A stretch of DNA of 64,000 nt from Escherichia coli (GTDB lineage Bacteria > Pseudomonadota > Gammaproteobacteria > Enterobacterales > Enterobacteriaceae): the NCBI RefSeq assembly GCF_044647545.1, contig NZ_CP172818.1. One strand, 5' to 3'. Positions 48,613 to 60,407 of this stretch are shown piece by piece; positions within the stretch are counted from its first letter, which is position 1, and each line of letters opens with the position of its first letter. A program made the position numbers and the translations under genes. The notes under the pieces are model-generated. The model saw only the letters and a program-made list of their open reading frames with translations. It searched no databases and was not told where the DNA came from.

Positions 48613-48977
48613 CCATCAACGATTAAACTGCGCTTCGGCGCAGTTTCCGTTTACAGGATGTTAAAAGAGAAAATTCTGCGGCAAAAAAAGCCCGCCAGTT
48701 ACGGCGGGAAACCTCATCCTATGGGAGAACAATGAATAATGAAATTGCGGGGTTATCATCTCCCAGCATACCCATACTAACAATAAGGTTATTTACTCAG
48801 CCAGGTATAAACAATTTGTTCTGTGTGGGGGGAACGGCATTAAGGTGTAAAGGGGGGGAAGCAATGAGTAGCATCAGCAAGAATACTCGCCGCTCTTATC
48901 AAACGTGGATGAGGGGGATGAAAAACTCAAGGCAGAGATGACTCTGCCTTGAAGATAAATGCGCTTTTACAGCGGGC

Positions 48978-49244
48978 TTATTTCAGCTCTTCTGCTTCCG
49001 GTAAGGTCACGTTCAGCTCAAGAATAGAAATATCGCCATCTTTTTGCTCAAGCTGTACGGTTACCATCTCAGGATCAATTTGTACGTATTTACAAATGAC
49101 CTCAAGAATATCTTTACGCAACTGCGGCAGATAATGCGGTTCTGCATCGCTGCGACGGCGTTCAGCAACAATAATCTGCAGCCGTTCTTTTGCAATGTTG
49201 GCCGTGTTTTTCTTCCGCGAGAGAAAGAAATCGAGTAATGCCAT
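48978..49244 (-). CDS. minE: cell division topological specificity factor MinE
   Basis: 88-aa ORF downstream of minD. Confidence 0.9.
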
Positions 49245-49247
49245 AAC

Positions 49248-50060
49248 TTATCCTCCGAACAAGCGTTTGAGGAAGCCTTTCTTCTCTTCTTCAATGAAGC
49301 GGAAAGGACGTTCTTCTCCCAACAGACGTTCTACGGTATCTGCGTAGGCTTTACCCGCATCGGCGTTAATGTCGAGGATGACCGGTTCACCCTGGTTAGA
49401 GGCGCGCAATACTGATTGATCCTCAGGGATCACACCGACGAGTTTGATGCGCAGGATCTCCAGCACATCTTCCATGCTCAGCATGTCACCTCTGCTTACG
49501 CGGCCTGGGTTATAGCGCGTTAACAGCAGGTGCTCTTTAATAGGCTCTTCGCCATTTTCTGCGCGGCGTGATTTCGACGCCAGAATGCCTAAAATACGGT
49601 CAGAGTCGCGTACTGAGGAGACTTCCGGGTTGGTGGTAATAATGGCTTCGTCTGCAAAATAGAGTGCCATTAGCGCACCGGTCTCAATCCCTGCCGGGGA
49701 GTCGCAAACAATAAATTCAAAGTCCATCGCTTTCAGATCATCAAGAACTTTGGCGACCCCTTCACGGGTGAGGGCATCTTTATCGCGAGTTTGCGATGCC
49801 GGAAGAATATAGAGATTTTCAGTACGCTTATCTTTAATTAACGCCTGATTTAGCGTTGCATCGCCCTGAATGACGTTGACGAAATCGTAAACGACCCGAC
49901 GTTCACAACCCATAATCAGGTCGAGATTACGCAGGCCGATATCAAAATCTATCACGACAGTTTTCTTTCCCTTCTGGGCCAAACCAGTGGCGATGGCCGC
50001 GCTGGAGGTTGTCTTACCAACACCCCCTTTGCCCGAAGTAACAACAATAATGCGTGCCAT
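49248..50060 (-). CDS. minD: septum site-determining ATPase MinD
   Basis: 270-aa ORF; deviant Walker A GKGGVGKTT. Confidence 0.95.
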   Translation of the reverse strand: MARIIVVTSGKGGVGKTTSSAAIATGLAQKGKKTVVIDFDIGLRNLDLIMGCERRVVYDFVNVIQGDATLNQALIKDKRTENLYILPASQTRDKDALTREGVAKVLDDLKAMDFEFIVCDSPAGIETGALMALYFADEAIITTNPEVSSVRDSDRILGILASKSRRAENGEEPIKEHLLLTRYNPGRVSRGDMLSMEDVLEILRIKLVGVIPEDQSVLRASNQGEPVILDINADAGKAYADTVERLLGEERPFRFIEEEKKGFLKRLFGG

Positions 50061-50083
50061 AGAAATTCCTTGTTAAAAAGGGA

Positions 50084-50779
50084 TCAATTTAACGGTTGAA
50101 CGGTCAAAGCGTTTTCAACTAACTGCAGTCGTGCCGCTTTGCCATAAAATTCTGCTGGGATTTGATCACTCAGCCAGTATTCACCTGCGATGGACACCAG
50201 TTCCGCCATCAGGTTCGTACAAAATATTTGCGTTTCCCGGTTACCACTTGCCCCTGCCAGCGCACGACCGCGCATCATGCCATAGACATGAATGTTACCA
50301 TCGGCAATCAATTCGGCCCCAGCGCTAACGTGGCTTGTAACAATCAGATCACATTGTGGAGCATAAATACGCTGACCGGAACGCACCGGGGTATCTATTA
50401 AACGCGTTTTTGTGACCGGCGTTGTATTTTGCGCTGGAGCCTGCGGTGCGGGAGCTGGACGCGGCGCTTTTTCCTTTCCTTCCGTCAGGATAGGCAGCCC
50501 CATTTTTTCAATTTCGGCTTTAAGTTGCGCATCTTTGCAGCCACTTACGCCAATAACCCGCAAACCGGTTGCCGAAACCGCCTTATGCATCGCTGACCAG
50601 TTTACCGGGTCTTCCAGTGCACTGACGTTGAGTACAACGGGGGCATGTTTTAAAAATGCGGGGGCCTGAGCGATTTTGTCTTCCAGCGCCTGATGGATAA
50701 CCTTAGGTTCTGCCTCATGCAGATGAACCACAGATAAAGTGAAGCTACTGCCTTTAAGCTCGATTGGCGTGTTTGACAT
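50084..50779 (-). CDS. minC: septum site-determining protein MinC
   Basis: Start [10 protein letters not shown] gives 231 aa; minCDE operon. Confidence 0.9.
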   Translation of the reverse strand: MSNTPIELKGSSFTLSVVHLHEAEPKVIHQALEDKIAQAPAFLKHAPVVLNVSALEDPVNWSAMHKAVSATGLRVIGVSGCKDAQLKAEIEKMGLPILTEGKEKAPRPAPAPQAPAQNTTPVTKTRLIDTPVRSGQRIYAPQCDLIVTSHVSAGAELIADGNIHVYGMMRGRALAGASGNRETQIFCTNLMAELVSIAGEYWLSDQIPAEFYGKAARLQLVENALTVQPLN

Positions 50780-51298
50780 CCTGGCCTTACTCAATTAGCT
50801 ATTAATCATCGCCAGCGCGCGATGATGTTCCGAAGACTATAAGGCATGTTATAGTCTGGATTATATTGAGGCAAGTCACCCTCCCATTTATTCAGAGTAA
50901 AAGTCTATTCTGTGATAAATGGCGCTGATACATAGCTTAAAAAATACCCTTGTCAATCAACCCATTGCCGTCGTACTTTTGATTGTTCTTATTTACGCTT
51001 CCTTTTTCCACACCCTAATCGTGACAGCATCTCCAGACCTGTTTAAATATCCAGTATTGAGGCAAGTGTATTTTTTCACCACGCCAGGTTTTCTTAACTT
51101 TCCATTTTTTGCGGCATCATTAAAGAACAGATACCCGTTATCTTAATATCCGCCACAGAATTGCTCTATCATAGAAACCGCAGAAGACGTCTGATACTTC
51201 TGTCAGGTCATCGTAACTCGTCCAGGTCAGCGGTTTTGATTACGGATTGATGACGAAATGAGCATAAGTGTTGTACGGTTGGATTATCAGGATGTGCT

Positions 51299-51667
51299 AT
51301 GAATATGATGCGTATTATTTATATCGGATTGTCAGGTGTGGGGATGATGTTCTCATCAATGGCGTCTGGAAATGACGCTGGCGGACTTCAATCTCCGGCG
51401 TGCGGCGTTGTTTGCGACTCGTATATTTGTGTTAACTCAGATGGCATTTCCCCAGAGTTAACAAGGAAATATCTCGGCGAAAAAGCCGCTGAAAACTTAC
51501 AATCAGTACAAGGTTACGATCCCAGCGAATTTACATTCTCTAACGGTGTATTTTGCGATGTTAAAGAAAAATTATGTCGTGATGATCGTTATTTTGGTGT
51601 AGATGGTAAGCGGAGTGGAAAAATCAATCAAACCACCACAAAGATGTTATTTATGTGTCGTGAGTGA
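51299..51667 (+). CDS. ycgJ: uncharacterised secreted protein YcgJ
   Basis: 122-aa ORF with signal peptide. Confidence 0.7.
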   Translation: MNMMRIIYIGLSGVGMMFSSMASGNDAGGLQSPACGVVCDSYICVNSDGISPELTRKYLGEKAAENLQSVQGYDPSEFTFSNGVFCDVKEKLCRDDRYFGVDGKRSGKINQTTTKMLFMCRE

Positions 51668-51769
51668 TGTCTTGTTTACATGATGTTCTATTCGTCATTA
51701 ACCTCTTGAGCGACAGAGAGGAGTGGGGCGTTAACGTTTATGACGGGGAGAGTCCCCGTCGGTTGACAT

Positions 51770-52171
51770 TTACTTAATTTGAATATCGACGTTATATTTT
51801 TTAGTTTTGTTTTTACGGGCGTCGTTTCGGGTTTGCAGCACTCGCAGCTCATATTTGCCAGAAGCAGGGAGTGCGTATTGTCCGTGACTATCGAGTTCTG
51901 GGGAATATCTGGATAAATCAACAGAATCATCGATTCCTGGCCCGAAGAGGTAAGTATCAGCGCCTTCATTAGAGATACTCACATGCACTTTCTGACCTTT
52001 TTTGGCATAGAAGGTATATGTATCGTAATCGTATCCCTTTATTTCGCCGGAGTACTGAGCGCTGCTATGGCCTTTTCTGAACTCAACATTGACATTCTTA
52101 CCCGCAGCAAAGCTCGTGGAGGTTAGCAGTGCAAGCAACAATACAGCCTTACTGATGCCCTTAATTTTCAT
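51770..52171 (-). CDS. pliG: periplasmic inhibitor of g-type lysozyme PliG
   Basis: 133-aa ORF with signal peptide [22 protein letters not shown]. Confidence 0.75.
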
Positions 52172-52378
52172 TGGTAGTCTCCTGTTCAGAATGAGTACGA
52201 TGAACTGTTATAATATAACAATTCATCACAGGAGAATTCCAGTGGCTTTCCTGCGTTCGGTTAAATCCCGGCGCGGCATTTTTGCCGGGGGATCACTTAT
52301 TAAGGGCGCATGGACTGAACAAACCGCAGAAATCTACAGCTGGCTGGCTTGTGGCGCGGGTTTCATTGATGTTAGCTT

Positions 52379-52705
52379 ATGCCAAAACCTGGCATCTTAA
52401 AGAGTAAAAGTATGTTTTGTGTGATTTATCGAAGCAGCAAGCGTGACCAGACCTATTTATATGTCGAAAAAAAAGACGATTTTTCGCGTGTTCCTGAGGA
52501 ACTGATGAAAGGTTTTGGTCAGCCTCAGTTAGCGATGATTCTGCCGCTGGATGGGCGGAAGAAACTGGTCAATGCCGATATTGAAAAGGTTAAACAGGCA
52601 TTAACCGAGCAAGGTTACTATTTGCAGTTACCGCCACCACCCGAAGATTTGCTGAAGCAACATCTTTCCGTCATGGGGCAGAAAACAGACGACACGAACA
52701 AATAA
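52379..52705 (+). CDS. ycgL: uncharacterised protein YcgL
   Basis: 108-aa ORF. Confidence 0.7.
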   Translation: MPKPGILKSKSMFCVIYRSSKRDQTYLYVEKKDDFSRVPEELMKGFGQPQLAMILPLDGRKKLVNADIEKVKQALTEQGYYLQLPPPPEDLLKQHLSVMGQKTDDTNK

Positions 52706-52776
52706 CCGACATCCGGCGGTGGCATTATCTTTGTCGGCGCGGGTTTTCATATCCACGATAAGGTGAGGGGAACGTT

Positions 52777-53436
52777 ATGTATCAACATCACAACTGGCAA
52801 GGTGCGCTGCTGGATTATCCGGTGAGTAAAGTAGTCTGTGTTGGCAGTAACTATGCCAACCATATTAAAGAGATGGGCAGCGCAGTGCCCGAAGAGCCAG
52901 TGCTGTTTATTAAACCAGAAACGGCACTGTGCGATCTGCGGCAGCCATTGGCGATCCCATCCGATTTCGGTTCAGTTCATCATGAAGTCGAACTGGCGGT
53001 ATTGATTGGCGCGACGCTGCGTCAGGCTACGGAAGAGCATGTCCGCAAAGCCATTGCCGGTTATGGCGTGGCGCTCGATCTGACATTGCGTGATGTTCAG
53101 GGAAAAATGAAGAAAGCCGGGCAGCCGTGGGAAAAGGCTAAAGCGTTTGACAACTCTTGTCCGCTTTCCGGGTTTATTCCCACGGCGGAATTTACCGGCG
53201 ACCCGCAAAATACAACGCTGGGCCTGAGCGTAAACGGCGAACAACGCCAGCAAGGTACGACTGCGGACATGATCCATAAAATCGTTCCGCTGATCGCTTA
53301 TATGAGCAAGTTCTTTACCCTCAAGGCCGGTGACGTTGTGCTGACAGGCACGCCTGATGGCGTCGGCCCGTTGCAAAGCGGTGATGAGCTGACAGTCACT
53401 TTTGATGGGCATTCTTTGACAACTCGCGTTTTGTAA
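52777..53436 (+). CDS. ycgM: fumarylacetoacetate hydrolase-family protein YcgM
   Basis: 219-aa ORF of the FAH family. Confidence 0.8.
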
Positions 53437-53512
53437 TACTTTTTGCCGCCTGAAAGCGACGGCAAAACTTGCATCGCTGTGCCAGACTGGTTATAAGGTG
53501 CGTTTTAACGTA

Positions 53513-53974
53513 ATGGCGGAACACCTGATGAGCGATGTACCTTTCTGGCAAAGTAAAACCCTGGACGAAATGAGCGATGCGGAATGGGAGTCGTTGTGTG
53601 ATGGTTGCGGTCAGTGTTGCCTGCATAAACTGATGGATGAAGACACCGACGAAATCTACTTCACTAACGTCGCCTGTCGCCAGCTCAATATTAAAACCTG
53701 TCAATGTCGGAACTACGAACGTCGTTTCGAGTTTGAACCTGACTGCATTAAATTAACCCGTGAAAATCTGCCAACATTCGAATGGCTGCCAATGACCTGC
53801 GCTTATCGCTTGCTGGCGGAAGGTAAAGATTTACCTGCGTGGCATCCGCTGCTTACTGGTTCGAAAGCGGCAATGCATGGCGAACGTATCTCTGTGCGTC
53901 ATATCGCAGTGAAAGAATCAGAAGTGATTGACTGGCAGGATCATATCTTAAATAAACCTGACTGGGCGCAGTGA
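53513..53974 (+). CDS. ycgN: UPF0260 family Cys-rich protein YcgN
   Basis: Start [11 protein letters not shown] gives 153 aa; CDGCGQCC motif. Confidence 0.7.
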
Positions 53975-54180
53975 TAAATTTAATAGATGTTGATGGGGGC
54001 TTTCTTAATATACGTCTGGATGCTCGCCATTTCGTAGCCCTGTTTTTGAAAGCGCTCTGTCATAATGAGAGTTACCCGATACCTTATTATCAACAGGTAA
54101 CTCTCAATCTTTAAAAAACGTCTGTATTTTTAAATGTGATAAACTTTATACCTTGAGTACATGGAGAGAATAATCGCTGA

Positions 54181-55092
54181 TCAGACTTCAGGTACCTCAA
54201 AGAGTGTCTTCTTACCGTGTCTTTTCTGATACTCATTACAGGTGTTAATCATTTTTTTGGCCGCTTCTTTTAGCAAAGAAAGCATTAAATCATCATAATC
54301 AACGTAGAATCTGGTTGTTTCAGTTTCCGTTTTTATCTCCCCGATGGCGGCTATTTCGGTGGTTAATTTCAATTTGGCGGCATCGATATCTTTATTCGCT
54401 TGTTTAACCGTGTTAGACAGGGTGGTAAAGAAACTCTGCACAGATTTTAACTTGTTCTTCAATTCTGGAATCAGTTTCCCTTCAACTACGCCCGCAGCAA
54501 TAGAATAGGAAATGATTAAACCAAATGGACCGGCGACGACACCGGCTGCGGCACCGGCATACGCTTCCTTCCTGATTTTATCTACCTGTGACTGGAAATA
54601 GCTGCTTTTTTCTGAAAAATCATTGGTTAACTGGCTATCTAACGCCAGCAGTTTCCCGGAAGCGTTGTTGAAACTTTGTGAGCTTACCAGCAGGGATTTT
54701 TGCGCTTCATTCAGCTTCGTGATACCGTCATCCAGTACCTTAATGAGAATGTCTTTCTGGGCGGATGCTTTCTTCTCATTGTACTCATCAAATAGCAAAA
54801 TATACGCTGCGAGCAATTGCGTCGCAACACCACACCATTCATACACTGTTTGGGTTGCTTCAAAATACTTATCCTGGCTATCCATAAGTAAGGTTTTAAT
54901 ATCGCCAACTAAAACGGAGGCTGCCTGTGAATACTCCTGTTTAAAGCGACTTAACTCTTTTATGGTTTCATCAAAGGTCTGCCAGGGGATGACCTGATCG
55001 AGATATTTATTATAAAGATCTAATGCTCCATCTGCGGTTTCGATTGCGTTTTTAACTACCTCTACCGTTTTATCTGCAACGATTTCAGTCAT
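54181..55092 (-). CDS. hlyE: pore-forming cytolysin HlyE (ClyA)
   Basis: Start MTEIVADKTVEV gives 303 aa; hydrophobic beta-tongue AGAAAGVVAGPFGLIISYSIAAGVV; AT-rich. Confidence 0.85.
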   Translation of the reverse strand: MTEIVADKTVEVVKNAIETADGALDLYNKYLDQVIPWQTFDETIKELSRFKQEYSQAASVLVGDIKTLLMDSQDKYFEATQTVYEWCGVATQLLAAYILLFDEYNEKKASAQKDILIKVLDDGITKLNEAQKSLLVSSQSFNNASGKLLALDSQLTNDFSEKSSYFQSQVDKIRKEAYAGAAAGVVAGPFGLIISYSIAAGVVEGKLIPELKNKLKSVQSFFTTLSNTVKQANKDIDAAKLKLTTEIAAIGEIKTETETTRFYVDYDDLMLSLLKEAAKKMINTCNEYQKRHGKKTLFEVPEV

Positions 55093-55424
55093 AATCATTC
55101 GCCTCTTTAAATATATAAATTGTAATGAAACTCCTGTTTTACAACTATTAAAGAATTTTACTTCATCTAATTCATAGTTAGCCGGGCGGGATGCGTCAAT
55201 GTCTTTATTTCTATTAATATGATAAATATCAAACAATGTTTAATGTCATTATGGCTGATGCTTCTATTCTATTTTTTAGCCGGGTGATATTTTTCATTTC
55301 TGCTGGATGAGCGTCGTCGCCAGAAGGCGCGTGAGCACAGGATAAGAGAACGAAAAATCAGCAGTCTATGCAGCGACAAATATTGATAGCCTGAATCAGT
55401 ATTGATCTGCTGGTAAGAACAGAC

Positions 55425-55444
55425 TACTGTATATAAAAACAGTA
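55425..55444. promoter_or_regulatory. LexA box (SOS operator) of umuDC
   Basis: TACTGTATATAAAAACAGTA, 20 nt upstream of the umuD start. Confidence 0.85.
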
Positions 55445-55463
55445 TAACTTCAGGCAGATTATT

Positions 55464-55883
55464 ATGTTGTTTATCAAGCCTGCGGATCTCCGCGAAATTG
55501 TGACTTTTCCGCTATTTAGCGATCTTGTTCAGTGTGGCTTTCCTTCACCGGCCGCAGATTACATTGAACAGCGCATCGATCTGAATCAACTGTTGATCCA
55601 GCATCCCAGCGCGACTTACTTCGTCAAAGCAAGTGGTGATTCTATGATTGATGGTGGAATTAGTGACGGTGATTTACTGATTGTCGATAGCGCTATTACC
55701 GCCAGCCATGGTGATATTGTCATCGCTGCTGTTGACGGCGAGTTTACGGTGAAAAAATTGCAACTACGCCCGACGGTACAGCTTATTCCCATGAACAGCG
55801 CGTACTCGCCCATTACCATCAGTAGTGAAGATACGCTGGATGTCTTTGGTGTGGTGATCCACGTCGTTAAGGCGATGCGCTGA
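55464..55883 (+). CDS. umuD: translesion polymerase V subunit UmuD (LexA-like S24 peptidase)
   Basis: 139-aa ORF; self-cleavage region and GDSM Ser motif. Confidence 0.9.
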   Translation: MLFIKPADLREIVTFPLFSDLVQCGFPSPAADYIEQRIDLNQLLIQHPSATYFVKASGDSMIDGGISDGDLLIVDSAITASHGDIVIAAVDGEFTVKKLQLRPTVQLIPMNSAYSPITISSEDTLDVFGVVIHVVKAMR

Positions 55884-57151
55884 TGTTTGCCCTCTGTGAT
55901 GTAAACGCGTTTTATGCCAGCTGTGAGACGGTGTTTCGCCCTGATTTATGGGGTAAACCAGTGGTTGTGCTATCGAATAATGACGGTTGCGTTATCGCCC
56001 GAAACGCTGAGGCAAAGGCGCTGGGTGTTAAAATGGGCGATCCCTGGTTCAAACAAAAAGATCTGTTTCGTCGCTGTGGCGTGGTTTGCTTTAGCAGCAA
56101 TTATGAGCTTTACGCAGACATGAGCAATCGGGTGATGTCGACGCTGGAAGAACTATCGCCCCGCGTCGAGATTTACAGTATTGATGAGGCATTCTGCGAT
56201 CTGACCGGTGTGCGTAATTGTCGCGATCTGACTGATTTTGGCAGAGAAATTCGCGCAACGGTGCTACAACGAACCCATCTTACTGTTGGTGTGGGGATCG
56301 CCCAGACCAAAACGCTGGCTAAGCTTGCCAATCATGCGGCAAAAAAATGGCAGCGGCAGACGGGTGGGGTGGTGGATTTATCAAATCTGGAACGCCAGCG
56401 TAAATTAATGTCTGCTCTCCCCGTGGATGAAGTCTGGGGGATTGGACGGCGGATCAGCAAAAAACTGGATGCGATGGGGATCAAAACCGTTCTCGATTTG
56501 GCGGATACAGATATCCGGTTTATCCGTAAACATTTTAATGTCGTGCTCGAAAGAACGGTGCGTGAACTGCGCGGCGAACCCTGTTTGCAACTGGAAGAGT
56601 TTGCACCGACGAAGCAGGAAATTATCTGTTCCCGTTCGTTTGGTGAACGCATCACGGATTATACGTCGATGCGGCAGGCCATTTGTAGTTACGCTGCCCG
56701 GGCGGCGGAAAAACTTCGCAGCGAGCATCAATATTGTCGGTTTATCTCCACGTTTATTAAGACGTCACCATTTGCGCTCAATGAACCTTATTACGGCAAT
56801 AGCGCGTCGGTAAAACTGCTGACGCCCACTCAGGACAGCAGGGATATCATTAACGCCGCTACGCGATCTCTGGATGCCATCTGGCAAGCGGGCCATCGTT
56901 ATCAAAAAGCGGGCGTGATGCTGGGGGATTTCTTCAGTCAGGGAGTCGCGCAGCTCAATTTATTCGATGACAACGCACCGCGCCCCGGGAGTGAGCAATT
57001 GATGGCGGTAATGGATACGCTAAATGCTAAAGAGGGCAGAGGAACACTCTATTTTGTCGGGCAGGGGATCCAGCAACAATGGCAGATGAAGCGTGCCATG
57101 CTTTCACCACGTTATACAACGCGAAGTTCTGATTTACTGCGGGTCAAATAA
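55883..57151 (+). CDS. umuC: translesion DNA polymerase V catalytic subunit UmuC (Y family)
   Basis: 422-aa ORF; N-terminus [15 protein letters not shown]; start overlaps umuD stop. Confidence 0.9.
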   Translation: MFALCDVNAFYASCETVFRPDLWGKPVVVLSNNDGCVIARNAEAKALGVKMGDPWFKQKDLFRRCGVVCFSSNYELYADMSNRVMSTLEELSPRVEIYSIDEAFCDLTGVRNCRDLTDFGREIRATVLQRTHLTVGVGIAQTKTLAKLANHAAKKWQRQTGGVVDLSNLERQRKLMSALPVDEVWGIGRRISKKLDAMGIKTVLDLADTDIRFIRKHFNVVLERTVRELRGEPCLQLEEFAPTKQEIICSRSFGERITDYTSMRQAICSYAARAAEKLRSEHQYCRFISTFIKTSPFALNEPYYGNSASVKLLTPTQDSRDIINAATRSLDAIWQAGHRYQKAGVMLGDFFSQGVAQLNLFDDNAPRPGSEQLMAVMDTLNAKEGRGTLYFVGQGIQQQWQMKRAMLSPRYTTRSSDLLRVK

Positions 57152-57196
57152 ACATAGCGGCAGGAAAAAAGCGCTCCCGCAGGAGCGCTGAATGGA

Positions 57197-57727
57197 TTAG
57201 CGACCGAACAGGTCACGTTTTTTCGCTTTAAACGGCTGGGAAATCACCACCAGCACCGCGACAATCAGGTAAGCGATAAAAATACCGAGCAACCACTGCG
57301 GCATTTCCAGACCTAAAAAATCCCACTGACGCTCGGCACAATCGCCAGAGGCGACAAACACTTGCGGCACCCATTTATCCAGCGGCAGCCATTCCGGGAA
57401 ACGAACCATAAAATCACAGGTGGCAAACGGCGAAGGATAGAGCTGAAGCATGGTGTGCTCGTAAGTTAACTGCACACCGCGGAACGCACTATACAACCAG
57501 ATAACCATCGCTACATAACGCAGTGGCGTTTTTGGGGCGATCGCGCCAATCAGCGCAGCACCCAGAACGCCGAATAATGCGCAGCGTTCATAAATACAGA
57601 GCACGCAAGGTTTCAGTAACATCACATGCTGGAACCACAGCGCCGTCAGTTCCAGTGCCAGAGCAGTAAACGCCATCAACAGCCACGCGCCCCGGCCTTG
57701 TGAACATTGGTTCAAAAATCGCAACAT
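57197..57727 (-). CDS. dsbB: disulfide bond formation protein B
   Basis: Start [10 protein letters not shown] gives 176 aa; four TM helices with Cys pairs. Confidence 0.85.
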   Translation of the reverse strand: MLRFLNQCSQGRGAWLLMAFTALALELTALWFQHVMLLKPCVLCIYERCALFGVLGAALIGAIAPKTPLRYVAMVIWLYSAFRGVQLTYEHTMLQLYPSPFATCDFMVRFPEWLPLDKWVPQVFVASGDCAERQWDFLGLEMPQWLLGIFIAYLIVAVLVVISQPFKAKKRDLFGR

Positions 57728-57872
57728 AATCATTTCCCTGCAATATGCATAGAGTGCGCAGTTTAAACCAATTCATTCGCTGCGCCACCAGGAGGCAGCA
57801 AAAATAGGACGCAATTGGACAATTATCGGGCGAAAAGGCAAACCGGGCATTTATATGCCCGGTAAGTTGTTA

Positions 57873-59414
57873 TCAAAGCGTTGCTATCCAGCCCATTTGC
57901 ATAAACCATTCGGTTACAGGGGCAAGCGTAAACTCGACGCAGAGCAGTCCGACGAGTGTCAGTACGAGGGTGTAAGGCAGGGCCATCCACACCATGCGGC
58001 CATAAGAGAGGCGAATCAATGGCGCGAGTGCAGAGGTCAGCAGGAACAGGAACGCAGCCTGACCGTTCGGTGTAGCGACAGAGGGCAGATTGGTACCGGT
58101 ATTAATGGCGACCGCCAGCAGCTCGTATTGCTTCAACGTGATAGCGCCACTTTCCATTGCCGCTTTCGCTTCGTTGATATAAATCGTCCCCACGAAGACA
58201 TTATCCGAAATGGATGACAGCAGGCCGTTAAAAATATAGAACAACGACAGCTGGGCGTGTTCCGATGCCTGTAGGACAAAATGAATGATTGGTGAGAACA
58301 GTTGCTGATCAATAATTACCGCGACGACCGAGAAAAAGACAGTCAACAGTGCGGTGAATGGCAGAGATTCGGTGAAGGCTTTACCGATAGCATGTTCATC
58401 AGTGACACCAGTCAATGATGTCGCCAGAATAATGACCGACAAACCAATCAGGCCAACCTCCGCCAGATGCAACGCCAGCGCGGTGACCAGCCAGACGCCG
58501 ATAATCGCCTGGACAATCAGACGAATTTTATCCTGACGGGTACGCTGGTGGCGACTTTGATCGTCAAACTGTTGCAGCACTTCGCGGACTTTCTCCGGCA
58601 GCGTTTCGCCGTAGCCAAAACAACGCAGCTTCTCCACCAGCAGGCAGGTCAACAGGCCACAAATCAGAACCGGAACGGTCACTGGCGACATGCGCAGGAA
58701 GAAATCGCCAAAATGCCAGCCAGCTGCTTTAGCGATGATCAAGTTCTGTGGTTCGCCCACCATGGTCATCACGCCGCCTAATGCGGTGCCAACACCGGCA
58801 TGCATCATCAGGCTGCGCAAAAAGCCACGGAACTGTTCCAGAACCACTTTGTAATGCTTGTCGATATGACTATCGTCTTGCAGGTCGGTATCTTCAGTAC
58901 GGGAAGAGGCAACACGATGATAAATACCATAAAAACCGACTGCGACGCTGATCACCACCGCCACGACGGTTAAGGCATCGAGGAACGCGGAGAGGAACGC
59001 CGCCGCCATGCAAAAAGAGAGCGACAGCAGCATTTTGGAGCGAATGCTTAGCAGCAAACGGGTAAATATGAACAGCAACAGCTGTTTCATAAAATAGATA
59101 CCCGCCACCATAAACATCAGTAACAGCAAGACTTCAAGATTCGCCGCCACCTCTTCACGAACATGTTCCGCGCTGGTCATGCCGATGAATACCGCTTCGA
59201 TAGCCAACAGACCACCGGGGAGCAGCGGATAGCATTTGAGGGCCATCGCCAGAGTGAAAATAAATTCCGCCACCAGCAGCCAACCGGCAACAAAGGGGCT
59301 GATGATGAAAATTAACGGATTAAGAATTAAGAAAATAATGAGGGCGAGTTTGTACCAGTCGGGGGACTGGCCCAAAAAATTGCGCCATAGCGCACGGCCC
59401 CAGGAGATCTCCAT
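57873..59414 (-). CDS. nhaB: Na+/H+ antiporter NhaB
   Basis: Start [10 protein letters not shown] gives 513 aa; polytopic membrane protein. Confidence 0.9.
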   Translation of the reverse strand: MEISWGRALWRNFLGQSPDWYKLALIIFLILNPLIFIISPFVAGWLLVAEFIFTLAMALKCYPLLPGGLLAIEAVFIGMTSAEHVREEVAANLEVLLLLMFMVAGIYFMKQLLLFIFTRLLLSIRSKMLLSLSFCMAAAFLSAFLDALTVVAVVISVAVGFYGIYHRVASSRTEDTDLQDDSHIDKHYKVVLEQFRGFLRSLMMHAGVGTALGGVMTMVGEPQNLIIAKAAGWHFGDFFLRMSPVTVPVLICGLLTCLLVEKLRCFGYGETLPEKVREVLQQFDDQSRHQRTRQDKIRLIVQAIIGVWLVTALALHLAEVGLIGLSVIILATSLTGVTDEHAIGKAFTESLPFTALLTVFFSVVAVIIDQQLFSPIIHFVLQASEHAQLSLFYIFNGLLSSISDNVFVGTIYINEAKAAMESGAITLKQYELLAVAINTGTNLPSVATPNGQAAFLFLLTSALAPLIRLSYGRMVWMALPYTLVLTLVGLLCVEFTLAPVTEWFMQMGWIATL

Positions 59415-59636
59415 GATGGTTTCCCTTACCTTAGAAATAATCAATGATGTTTTTATCTTAGAACGCAAAGCTTAACGGTCAGGAGGGGATCGAGGCAAGT
59501 GTTGATGGTCTGGAGAAAAGAGATGTAGAAAATGAAGCCTTGATCCCTTTTTTCTTCTTTTTGTGTGCTATCAGCGTAGATAGCCCTCTGGTATGATGAG
59601 TCCAACTTTGTTTTGCTGTGTTATGGAAATCTCACT

Positions 59637-60356
59637 ATGGTCATTAAGGCGCAAAGCCCGGCGGGTTTCGCGGAAGAGTACATTATTGAAAGTATCTGGA
59701 ATAACCGCTTCCCTCCCGGGACTATTTTGCCCGCAGAACGTGAACTTTCAGAATTAATTGGCGTAACGCGTACTACGTTACGTGAAGTGTTACAGCGTCT
59801 GGCACGAGATGGCTGGTTGACCATTCAACATGGCAAGCCGACGAAGGTGAATAATTTCTGGGAAACTTCCGGTTTAAATATCCTTGAAACACTGGCGCGA
59901 CTGGATCACGAAAGTGTGCCGCAGCTTATTGATAATTTGCTGTCGGTGCGTACCAATATTTCCACTATTTTTATTCGCACCGCGTTTCGTCAGCATCCCG
60001 ATAAAGCGCAGGAAGTGCTGGCTACCGCTAATGAAGTGGCCGATCACGCCGATGCCTTTGCCGAGCTGGATTACAACATATTCCGCGGTCTGGCGTTTGC
60101 TTCCGGCAACCCGATTTACGGTCTGATCCTTAACGGGATGAAAGGGCTGTATACGCGCATTGGTCGTCACTATTTCGCCAATCCGGAAGCGCGCAGTCTG
60201 GCGCTGGGTTTCTACCACAAACTGTCGGCGTTGTGCAGTGAAGGCGCACACGATCAGGTATACGAAACAGTGCGTCGCTATGGGCATGAGAGCGGCGAGA
60301 TTTGGCACCGGATGCAGAAAAATCTGCCGGGTGATTTAGCCATTCAGGGGCGATAA
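59637..60356 (+). CDS. fadR: fatty acid metabolism regulator FadR (GntR family)
   Basis: Start [16 protein letters not shown] gives 239 aa; GntR-type HTH. Confidence 0.9.
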
Positions 60357-60375
60357 TCCCTTCCGTTTAAAAAGC

Positions 60376-60400
60376 AAACCCCTCAAACGAGGGGTTTTTG
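60376..60400. terminator. bidirectional rho-independent terminator between fadR and ycgB
   Basis: cccctc-aaac-gagggg hairpin with A-tract upstream and T-tract downstream. Confidence 0.8.
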
Positions 60401-60407
60401 GTTGTTT

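Noticed and set aside
50919-51146. 75-aa ORF upstream of minC
   Set aside because: It lies in the minC promoter region with no SD and a low-complexity hydrophobic sequence; likely spurious.
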